This document shows positions 49,632 through 56,949 of a stretch of DNA of 64,000 bases, in pieces (within the stretch, counting starts at the first letter, position 1; every line of letters starts with the position of its first letter). The translations under genes and the position numbers were made by a program. Under the pieces are notes generated by a model. It made no database searches. It was not told where the DNA came from and saw only the letters and a list, made by a program, of their open reading frames with translations. The DNA is from Candidatus Nealsonbacteria bacterium (GTDB lineage Bacteria; Patescibacteriota; Minisyncoccia; Minisyncoccales; UBA6532), in the NCBI GenBank assembly GCA_016186485.1, contig JACPLN010000002.1:1548-65547 (forward strand), read 5' to 3'.

Positions 49632-50363
49632 ATGAATAATAGCAGCCAGAAAACAAAAGATTTGTTAAATAGGGCTGTTTCGGGCAATTCAGCCGCCGGA
49701 GCAAGATTGATGACAATGGCGGAGAACAATAATCGCGCCCTATTGAAGCTGTTAAAAGAGTTGAACATGCCAGCAGCTCTTGTACTAGGGATTACCGGGG
49801 CCGGGGGTTCTGGCAAAAGCACTTTGGTTAACAAAATAGTTGGTTTGCTGAGAAAAAAAGGAAAGCGTGTCGGCGTTATATTATGCGATCCCACCAGCAG
49901 TCAAAGCGGAGGAGCAATTTTGGCAGATAGAATACAGCTCGTTGACCATCTTCCTGATAATCATGTTTTTATCAGAAGCATGGCCACCAGAGAATCTTTG
50001 GGCGGAATACCGGAAACATTACCTTGGATCATTAAGATAATGAAGCTGATGGGGTTTGACATAATTTTGGTTGAGACGATTGGCGTTGGTCAGGATCAAA
50101 CTTTGATTGAAAGAATGGTTGATTTGGTGATTGTAGTAGTGGGCTATGGCTACGGCGACGATATACAGCTTATCAAGAGCAGCGTTTTGGAATCGGGAGA
50201 TATAATCGTCGTGAATCAGAGGGCAAGCTGGACGGGAGACAAGGCTATCAGCGATCTTAAATTCCTTTTTAATAATGCCGATGAAAAGAAGAAAATCCTG
50301 GCATTAGATGCCGCAAACGGAAAAGGAGTAGATGAGCTCATAGAAGAAATAATGCCGAAATAA
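49632..50363 (+). CDS. MeaB/ArgK-like G3E-family P-loop GTPase, short form with an altered NKxD motif
   Basis: GITGAGGSGKST, DPTSSQSGGAILADR, FIRSMATRESLGG and ETIGVGQDQ. NKxD is replaced by VNQRA and the C-terminal extension is missing. The start is taken at ATG 49632. Confidence 0.75.
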   Translation: MNNSSQKTKDLLNRAVSGNSAAGARLMTMAENNNRALLKLLKELNMPAALVLGITGAGGSGKSTLVNKIVGLLRKKGKRVGVILCDPTSSQSGGAILADRIQLVDHLPDNHVFIRSMATRESLGGIPETLPWIIKIMKLMGFDIILVETIGVGQDQTLIERMVDLVIVVVGYGYGDDIQLIKSSVLESGDIIVVNQRASWTGDKAISDLKFLFNNADEKKKILALDAANGKGVDELIEEIMPK

Positions 50364-50377
50364 TAAAATTTAAAAAA

Positions 50378-51367
50378 TCAGGCGTTGGTTGCACCAACGC
50401 CTTTTTTTTCTCTTGATATGACCACCTCAAGTATTAATTTTGAAAGCAGGTCTTTTTCTTTTCCGTCAAAAACAAATGCGGCAGCCCCTGTGTGTCCTCC
50501 TCCGCCAAATTTAGCGGCAAGTTCAGCTAGGTCAATATCGTTTTTGGGACATCGCCTCATTGAACAGCGCCATTTGCCCTCATTGTCTTCCGTTATCAGG
50601 GCGAAAACCTCTAAATCTTCCGCATTCTTTATTAGGCCCATTATTTTTCCAAGATCTCTTTGCTGAGCGTTTAACTTTTCGAACTCTTTCCGAGAGAACG
50701 TTAGGTAGGCAAGATTAGAAAAAATCACTAATTTCTGGTAAGCGTATTTGAGAACGCGGATTTGGCGTTTGTCTATTCTTACTCCCGAGGCATAGATCTT
50801 TATTTTCTCTATGTCAGCCCCAAGAGCCAAGAGTTCGCCTGCAATGCTGAATCCCTCCGGATTTATCAGTGCGTTTGTAAATCCTCCAGTGTCTGTATAT
50901 AGGCCCACCATCAAGTAGGTTGCAACTTCGCGATCAACTTTGTAGCCAGCAGCCTGGAAAAACCTAAGCAGCAAAGCCGTAGTAGAGCTCTTTTTTTCGT
51001 CAACAATAGAAACCCCGGGGTAATTTCCAACGGTGCTTTGACGGTGATGGTCAAATCCTAACATTTTTTTAACGTACGCTTTCGGCAATTTGGTGCGTTC
51101 TGCGTTTCCGTAATCAAAAATAACCGTTAAATCAGGGGCGTCTTGGGGCAACTCATTGAAGGACGTTTCTACTTTAGGAAATATCCCAAAGATTGCATTT
51201 TCCTCCGGTATCTTATCAGGGGAAAATAAAGAAACGTTTTTGCCCTTATCTTTAAGAAACCTTAAAAAAGCCCAAACCGATCCTACCGAATCTCCGTCTG
51301 GTCCCTCGGGAATTGCCAGCAACACGTTATTTGCCTCTTCAATCATTTGGAGTTCTGTTTCCCACAA
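50378..51367 (-). CDS. nrnA: DHH-family phosphoesterase (NrnA-like oligoribonuclease/pAp phosphatase)
   Basis: Intact motifs DGDSVGS, FDYGN, GFDHHRQS, DTGGF and GGGGHTGAAAF. Confidence 0.85.
   Translation of the reverse strand: MWETELQMIEEANNVLLAIPEGPDGDSVGSVWAFLRFLKDKGKNVSLFSPDKIPEENAIFGIFPKVETSFNELPQDAPDLTVIFDYGNAERTKLPKAYVKKMLGFDHHRQSTVGNYPGVSIVDEKKSSTTALLLRFFQAAGYKVDREVATYLMVGLYTDTGGFTNALINPEGFSIAGELLALGADIEKIKIYASGVRIDKRQIRVLKYAYQKLVIFSNLAYLTFSRKEFEKLNAQQRDLGKIMGLIKNAEDLEVFALITEDNEGKWRCSMRRCPKNDIDLAELAAKFGGGGHTGAAAFVFDGKEKDLLSKLILEVVISREKKGVGATNA
50381..50409 (+). terminator. Rho-independent terminator
   Basis: A perfect 9-bp stem GGCGTTGGT/ACCAACGCC with loop TGC, then TTTTTTTT. It lies inside the 3' end of the convergent nrnA-like gene. 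Confidence 0.7.
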
Positions 51368-51416
51368 CCTTTTCCACTAACAATAAGATTATACACCAAA
51401 CATTAATTTATGTCAA

Positions 51417-51493
51417 CCCCGTAGTTAATTTTTGACAAGATTTTCTTTCAGAAAACCTAATATCGCGAAGCGAGTCAAAAATTCACTACGGGG
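51417..51493. repeat. Long-stem hairpin repeat, copy C (77 nt)
   Basis: CCCCGTAGTTAATTTTTGAC...GTCAAAAATTCACTACGGGG. It differs from copy A at roughly eight positions, including one indel. Confidence 0.85.
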
Positions 51494-51775
51494 TCAAATA
51501 AAACAGCAGTTTAGTATATTACCAAACTGCTTTGAGAAAAATGTGCTATGAAAGGAAGTAGCGGTGGGGGCTTTTGGTGCGTATCCAACACGGGCCACGA
51601 CGCCTGATGTGTTAGATTTTTCGCGAAGAGGTCGTACTCTTATCGGGTTTTATCCCCACCTTTTCAGCCCGACAATCTTATTATACCTTTAGCCAAAAAA
51701 CTGTGTCAAGTATTTTGGGCCCTATTTTTCTGCTTTTATCTCGACATAAAGACTATCAGGGCATAAAATAAAGTA

Positions 51776-52414
51776 ATGATTCGCAGGGTTATTAATCGTC
51801 TCATTCCTCTCAACAGAGTGATAAAAGTTTTAATTATGTCTGACTTTGCAGTTTTGTTTGCCTGGGGCCTATACGCTCCAATTTTGGCTATTTTTGTTGT
51901 GCAAAACGTAAAAGGCGGAGATGTTGAGGTCGCGGGCATAGCGGTAGGAATTTATTGGCTGGTGAAGTCAATAGCCCAGATTCCCATAGCAAAATATCTT
52001 GATAGAAATCACGGGGAAAAAGACGATTATAAGTCAATGGTTATAGGATCTTTTTTAGCCAGCATAGTCCCCATAGGGTTTATATTCGTAAAATTGCCTT
52101 GGCATCTTTATTTATTGCAAATATTCCAGGCAATAGTTTGGGCAATGGTTGTTCCGGCCTGGGGAGGAATATTCACCCGCCATATTGATAAGGAAAAAGA
52201 GGCTTTCAGCTGGAGCATAGAAAGTTCCGCCATTGGAATCGGAGGGGGAGCCGCCGGGATTATCGGAGGAGTGACGGCTAAGATATTAGGGTTTCTCCCT
52301 ATTTTTATCGGAGCAAGCCTTTTGCAATTAGTTTCTGCGCTTTTACTGCTTTTAATATCAAAAGACCTTCTCCCAAAAGGAAAAGTAATACCAATTTCAA
52401 AACCACATCCATGA
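51776..52414 (+). CDS. Half-size (6-TM) MFS-like membrane protein
   Basis: Six hydrophobic helices and a motif-A-like loop KYLDRNHGEKDD between TM2 and TM3. The 3' end overlaps the polX start (ATGA), so truncation by assembly is unlikely. Confidence 0.6.
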   Translation: MIRRVINRLIPLNRVIKVLIMSDFAVLFAWGLYAPILAIFVVQNVKGGDVEVAGIAVGIYWLVKSIAQIPIAKYLDRNHGEKDDYKSMVIGSFLASIVPIGFIFVKLPWHLYLLQIFQAIVWAMVVPAWGGIFTRHIDKEKEAFSWSIESSAIGIGGGAAGIIGGVTAKILGFLPIFIGASLLQLVSALLLLLISKDLLPKGKVIPISKPHP

Positions 52415-54156
52415 AAAATCAAGAACTGGCAAAGATTTTTTATGAGATATCCGACTATTTAAAAACAGAAGATATACCCTTTAAGCCCTATGCTTGGCGC
52501 AGGGCAGCGATTGGCATTGAAACGCTGAAAGAGAATATAAGCGATATTTATACAAAGGGAGGCCTAAAATCCCTTGAAGGTATTCCTGGGGTTGGCAAAA
52601 GCATTGCTGAAAAAATTGAAGAATACCTGAAAACCGGAAAAATTAAGTATTACGAGCAGTTTAAAAGAAGGCTGCCATTTAATTTAGAAGAGATAATTTC
52701 GGTTGAAGGAATGGGCCCCAAAAGGGCGAAAGCGCTTTATCAAAGGCTTGGGATAAAAAACTTAAAAGATTTAGAGAGGGCGGCAAAAACCCATAAAATT
52801 GGAAAGATTACTGGTTTTGGCGAGGCTTCGGAGAAAAACATTCTTCAGGGAATAGCGTTTTTAAAAAGAAGCAAAGGCAGGTTTTTATTGGGCGAGATAT
52901 TGCCGGCAGTAAAAGAAATTGAAACCAAATTAAGAAAGTTAAAAGAAGTAAAGCGATTAAGCGTTGCTGGTTCCGTAAGAAGAATGAAAGAAACCATTGG
53001 GGACGTTGATATTTTGATTATCGCAGACAATCCAAAAAAAGTGATGGATTTTTTTGTTTCTTTGCCCGGGGTGGTTAAGATATGGGCAAAGGGTTCAACC
53101 AAAAGCTCGGTTAGGATGGAGGAGGGTTTTGATGTTGATCTGAGGGTTTTGCGGGAAAGAAGCTACGGAGCCGGCCTCCAGTATTTTACCGGTTCAAAGG
53201 AGCACAATATAGCCACAAGGCGCATAGCAATAGAAAAGGGTTTGAAGCTGAGCGAATACGGAGTTTTCAGGGGAAACAAAACGATAGCCGCGAAGACCGA
53301 AGAAGATGTTTATAAAGCCCTTGGGATGTTGTATATTGAGCCGGAATTAAGAGAGGACAATGGGGAAATTGAGGCGGCCCTTCGGCAGGCTCAGGGTAAA
53401 CTTCCTGGTTTGCCCAAAATAATAGAGTACGGAGAAATTAGAGGAGACCTTCATGTTCATTCAAGCTGGGATGGGGGAACCGATTCTATTGAAGAGTTGG
53501 CAAGGACAACTAAAGAAATGGGTTATGAGTATGTTGGTATTTCCGACCACACCAAATTTTTGAGAATAGAGCACGGCCTAAATGAAAAACAATTAGAAAG
53601 AAGAAATAAAGAAATAGACAAGTTAAATTGGAAATTGAAAATTGAAAATTGGAAATTCCGCATATTGAAGGGTTGCGAAGCTAACATTATGAATGACGGT
53701 TCAATTGACATTAAAGATGAAGCCTTGGCTAAACTGGATTATGTTATTGCCGGCGTTCATTCTAATTTGAAAATGGAAAAAGCCCGGATGACGGAAAGAA
53801 TAATTAGGGCGATGAAAAACCCTCATTTGGATATTCTTGCGCATCCTACCGGAAGAATTTTGAAGAGAAGAGACGAATACCAAATTGATTTTGATAAAAT
53901 TTTAAGGGTAGCCAAGGAAACGGGAACCATACTTGAAATTGACGCTTTCCCGGAAAGATTAGACTTAGCGGATCAAAACATAAGGAGAGCGAAAGAATTG
54001 GGGGTAAAAATGGTCATAGACACAGATACACACCAAAAAGACCAGCTTCGTTTTATGGAACTGGGCATTGCCCAGGCTAGACGCGGCTGGGCGGAAAAGA
54101 AAGACATAATCAACGCCTGGCCCCTGGAAAAGCTTTTAAGTTTTTTGAAGAAATAA
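52411..54156 (+). CDS. polX: DNA polymerase X family protein with C-terminal PHP phosphoesterase domain
   Basis: N-terminal HhH (IPGVGKSIAEKI), the nucleotidyltransferase motif GSVRRMKETIGDVDIL, and the PHP domain GDLHVHSSWDGG...HPTGR...DTDTH. Confidence 0.9.
   Translation: MKNQELAKIFYEISDYLKTEDIPFKPYAWRRAAIGIETLKENISDIYTKGGLKSLEGIPGVGKSIAEKIEEYLKTGKIKYYEQFKRRLPFNLEEIISVEGMGPKRAKALYQRLGIKNLKDLERAAKTHKIGKITGFGEASEKNILQGIAFLKRSKGRFLLGEILPAVKEIETKLRKLKEVKRLSVAGSVRRMKETIGDVDILIIADNPKKVMDFFVSLPGVVKIWAKGSTKSSVRMEEGFDVDLRVLRERSYGAGLQYFTGSKEHNIATRRIAIEKGLKLSEYGVFRGNKTIAAKTEEDVYKALGMLYIEPELREDNGEIEAALRQAQGKLPGLPKIIEYGEIRGDLHVHSSWDGGTDSIEELARTTKEMGYEYVGISDHTKFLRIEHGLNEKQLERRNKEIDKLNWKLKIENWKFRILKGCEANIMNDGSIDIKDEALAKLDYVIAGVHSNLKMEKARMTERIIRAMKNPHLDILAHPTGRILKRRDEYQIDFDKILRVAKETGTILEIDAFPERLDLADQNIRRAKELGVKMVIDTDTHQKDQLRFMELGIAQARRGWAEKKDIINAWPLEKLLSFLKK
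53625..53657. repeat. Heptanucleotide tandem repeat (AAATTGR)x4.5 inside polX
   Basis: AAATTGGAAATTGAAAATTGAAAATTGGAAATT, read directly. It encodes NWKLKIENWKF. Confidence 0.85.
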
Positions 54157-54184
54157 GACTTAGTTGCCTCGCTCTTTTATCTAT

Positions 54185-54625
54185 ATGCCATTAGAAAAAT
54201 CAGCCGGAGCCGTAGTTTTTAGGAAAGAAAATAGTAAGATTTATTTTCTGCTTTTGCATTATCAGTCGGGTTCCCGGCGCCCCCGCCCTTACTGGGATTT
54301 TCCCAAGGGCCATATTGAAAAAGGGGAGGGGCCCGACGATGCGGCTAGAAGAGAAATAAAGGAAGAAACCGGGCTGGAAGACATAGAATTTATCCCTGGT
54401 TTTAAAGAAATCATAAAGTATTTTTTTAGGTTTAAGGGCAAAACAATTTTCAAGACAGTTATTTTTTATTTGGCTAAAACAAGAGAAAAAAAAGTAGAGA
54501 TATCTTTTGAACACAAAGGTTTCAAATGGCTGGCTTGCGAGGAAGCCAAAAGCCAAGTAACTTTTAAAAATGCCAAAGAAATCCTCCAAAAAGCAAATGA
54601 GTTCATTCTCTCAAAAAGTATATGA
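54185..54625 (+). CDS. NUDIX hydrolase
   Basis: The Nudix box GHIEKGEGPDDAARREIKEETGL. The start is taken at ATG 54185. Confidence 0.8.
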   Translation: MPLEKSAGAVVFRKENSKIYFLLLHYQSGSRRPRPYWDFPKGHIEKGEGPDDAARREIKEETGLEDIEFIPGFKEIIKYFFRFKGKTIFKTVIFYLAKTREKKVEISFEHKGFKWLACEEAKSQVTFKNAKEILQKANEFILSKSI

Positions 54626-54848
54626 AGTAGTGAGGAAAATTCCCAAGGGAGGGGTTTTAACCTATAAAAAAGTAGCGAGGCTGGCGGGCTACCCTCTAGC
54701 CTGGCGTGCCGTAGGGAACGCCTTAAACAAAAACAAAAACCCCATGATTCCTTGCCATAGGGTCATAAGATCGGACGGAAAGTCGGGCGGTTATAACAGG
54801 GGAGGAAAAAAGAAACGAGCCTTGCTGGAAAAAGAGGGATATTTTTAA
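54597..54848 (+). CDS. MGMT-family protein (stand-alone O6-alkylguanine-DNA alkyltransferase DNA-binding/active-site domain)
   Basis: VYEVVRKIPKGGVLTYKKVA...IPCHRVIRSDG retains the PCHR active-site cysteine. The start is uncertain (54570 or 54597) and the gene overlaps the NUDIX gene. Confidence 0.75.
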   Translation: MSSFSQKVYEVVRKIPKGGVLTYKKVARLAGYPLAWRAVGNALNKNKNPMIPCHRVIRSDGKSGGYNRGGKKKRALLEKEGYF

Positions 54849-54851
54849 CCC

Positions 54852-55211
54852 TCAGGAGGTTTGACTTCCTTTAACTTTTTCTACGATTTTCTTAAATATT
54901 TCAGGGTATTTTTGGGCAAGACCGGCTAATATTTTTCTATCAAGCTCAACCTTGTTTTTTTTCAGCAGGTATATGAATTTGCTGAAAGAAATATCGTATT
55001 GCTTCAAGGCAGAATTGATTTGCGTTTGCCAAAGCTGCCTGAATTCCCTTTTTTTTCTTTTTCTGTCCTTAAAAGAATGAGTCCAAGCATGCAATAGAGC
55101 TTCTTTGGCAGCCCTAAATTTTGATTTTCTTCCCCAGCGAAAACCTTTGGTGTATCTTAACAGATGTTTTCTGTGTTTTTTTGCGGCTTTCCCCCGTTTG
55201 ACTCTAACCAT
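54852..55211 (-). CDS. rplT: 50S ribosomal protein L20
   Basis: MVRVKRGKAAKKHRKHLLRYTKGFRWGR, the L20 signature. Confidence 0.9.
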   Translation of the reverse strand: MVRVKRGKAAKKHRKHLLRYTKGFRWGRKSKFRAAKEALLHAWTHSFKDRKRKKREFRQLWQTQINSALKQYDISFSKFIYLLKKNKVELDRKILAGLAQKYPEIFKKIVEKVKGSQTS

Positions 55212-55389
55212 AAATTAATTTTTTAATTCTTTTAACTTCGTTTTTTGAAACCATAACCCATTTTCTTGTTGCCCTTATTCTCTTCCCGGATTTTTTTGCT
55301 CTAAAGTGGTTTTGACCGGTATGCCTTCTAAGGATTTTACCGGTTTTTGTTATTTTGAATCTTTTTAGAAACGATTTTCTTGTTTTCAT
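55204..55389 (-). CDS. rpmI: 50S ribosomal protein L35
   Basis: MKTRKSFLKRFKITKTGKILRRHTGQNH, the L35 signature. Confidence 0.88.
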   Translation of the reverse strand: MKTRKSFLKRFKITKTGKILRRHTGQNHFRAKKSGKRIRATRKWVMVSKNEVKRIKKLIYG

Positions 55390-55391
55390 AG

Positions 55392-55895
55392 TTATGCCTT
55401 TGAAATAATCATATTGAATCCTCTTGGTTCTCTTTTTAAATCTTTCTCAATCTTATAGGGAATTATTTTATTAAGATTTTCCAGGAATTGGTTTATTTTC
55501 CCTTTGGCAAATTCCCCAAGCGCTTTTTCTCTGCCAAAAAGGCGCAATTCAATCCTCACTTTATTTTTTTCTTTAAGAAATTTTTCCGCTTGTTTTACCC
55601 TTATTTCAAGATCGTGTTGGGATATGTTGAAACCCAGCCTTATGTTTTTTAATTCCCCGCCCTTTTGCGGTTTTTTCTGCTTTTTCCTTTCTTGGTAAAG
55701 GTATTTTCCATAATCCATTATTTTGCACACAGGCGGCTCAACCTTCTCTGTTACCTGGATTAAATCCAAACCGCGCCCCTTGGCTTCATTTATCGCTTGG
55801 TCTAACTGCATTAAGCCGAGCTGTTTGCCGGTTTCGTCAATAACCCTTATTTCCTTTGCCCTTATTTGATAATTGATTAATGGTTGGGTATTCAA
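55392..55895 (-). CDS. infC: Translation initiation factor IF-3
   Basis: INYQIRAKEIRVIDETGKQLG and the C-terminal domain KEIRLGFNISQHDL. The start codon is non-ATG (TTG at 55895, or a nearby ATC/ATT, as is typical for infC). Confidence 0.88.
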   Translation of the reverse strand: MNTQPLINYQIRAKEIRVIDETGKQLGLMQLDQAINEAKGRGLDLIQVTEKVEPPVCKIMDYGKYLYQERKKQKKPQKGGELKNIRLGFNISQHDLEIRVKQAEKFLKEKNKVRIELRLFGREKALGEFAKGKINQFLENLNKIIPYKIEKDLKREPRGFNMIISKA

Positions 55896-55923
55896 ATTTG
55901 TTTTAACCGAGCTTGTTTGGGTG

Positions 55924-56321
55924 TGGAGGCGAGGGGATTTGAACCCCTGTCCAAAAATTCTAACAAAATATATCTACAAGCTTATTCTGTTTTTAATTCT
56001 CGGAATGCCGGATATAAAACAGATAAAATTCCAGCATTCCCAGTCTCTTATTTTTGAGGAATTACCGAGACTTGTAAGTTCTCTATCTCGATTTATGGCA
56101 CCCAGCTCTACTATCGAGATTCATAGAGCAAGATGGCTTACGCTATTTGGTAAGCAGGAACTAAACCGCCTCCGCCACCACCGCCAAAGGCAGCTGCGAA
56201 AACTGATTTAGCTTTTGAAAATAAGTTGGCACTTATTTTGTTTATAGGCAGTTTTACGAGATGACTATAATTCTCGGCTTGCATATTTTAGTACGATATT
56301 TCTGTCGAACATTTCGCCCCC
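55924..56321 (-). ncRNA. ssrA: tmRNA (SsrA), one-piece
   Basis: The 5' GGGGGCG pairs with the 3' CGCCTCC, including a G3:U pair. The T arm is GGACAGGGGTTCAAATCCCCT, with discriminator A; CCA is not encoded. PK1-like GCCGAGAA...CTCGTAAAA is followed by a tag ORF starting at GCC. Confidence 0.85.
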
Positions 56322-56324
56322 AGG

Positions 56325-56774
56325 TCAGATTTTTCCCCTCAGAGCCCTTTCAATTTCTCTTTCCGCAACCCTTTTTTTCAGCACCTCTCTTTTGTCAGAT
56401 TTTTTCCTGCCCTTGGCTATAGCAAACTCTAACTTTATTTTACCCTGCTTAGTATACATCCGCAACGGGATTTGAGTCAAGCCCCTTTGTTTGGATTTTC
56501 CTATTAAATAATTAATTTCCGACTTTTTTAAAAGAAGTTTTCTTGGCCTTTGAGGCTCATAATCTCTCGGAGTATTTTTAGGCTGGTATGGAGGAACCGT
56601 TGCCCCGATTAAGTAAAATTCCCCTTCTTTTGAAACAACATAAGAGCCGCGGATATTAATCCTGCCTAGCTTAATTGACTTTACCTCCTGGCCGGTTAAA
56701 ACAATCCCTGCCTCAATTTTTTCCAGGACCTCGTAGTCAAAATAAGCCTTTTTATTTTCAGCTAGAGACGCCAT
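56325..56774 (-). CDS. smpB: SsrA-binding protein SmpB
   Basis: ENKKAYFDYEVLEKIEAGIVLTGQEVKSIK and the basic C-terminal tail. The start is taken at ATG 56774. Confidence 0.9.
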   Translation of the reverse strand: MASLAENKKAYFDYEVLEKIEAGIVLTGQEVKSIKLGRINIRGSYVVSKEGEFYLIGATVPPYQPKNTPRDYEPQRPRKLLLKKSEINYLIGKSKQRGLTQIPLRMYTKQGKIKLEFAIAKGRKKSDKREVLKKRVAEREIERALRGKI

Positions 56775-56892
56775 ACATTTTAAAGCTATCACAGATTGAC
56801 CGGTCAGACAAAACTAGAAAAATATCCAATGGTTCGCCACTAAGATAGTTGAAGAAGAGATTTTAAAGATATCAAAAGAAAAAGTTTAATTC

Positions 56893-56926
56893 AGCGGGCG
56901 AAACCCAAACCCGCTTTTATTTTTGT
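56893..56926 (+). terminator. Orphan plus-strand terminator hairpin with no annotated upstream plus-strand gene
   Basis: Stem AGCGGG/CCCGCT with an 11-nt loop, then TTTTATTTTT. On the minus strand there is no T-run. Confidence 0.45.
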
Positions 56927-56932
56927 TCCAAA

Positions 56933-56941
56933 TGTTATAAT
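56933..56941 (+). promoter_or_regulatory. Extended -10 promoter TGtTATAAT, implying a leaderless or near-leaderless guaD mRNA
   Basis: TATAAT at 56936-56941 with TG at 56933-56934. The ATG is at 56950 and there is no SD between them. Confidence 0.5.
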
Positions 56942-56949
56942 GTATAAAC

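Noticed and set aside
55873-56211. A 112-aa plus-strand ORF in the infC-smpB gap.
   Set aside because: It lies antisense to a well-supported tmRNA (acceptor pairing with G3:U, T arm, tag ORF). Its composition is odd and it has no SD, so it was treated as spurious.
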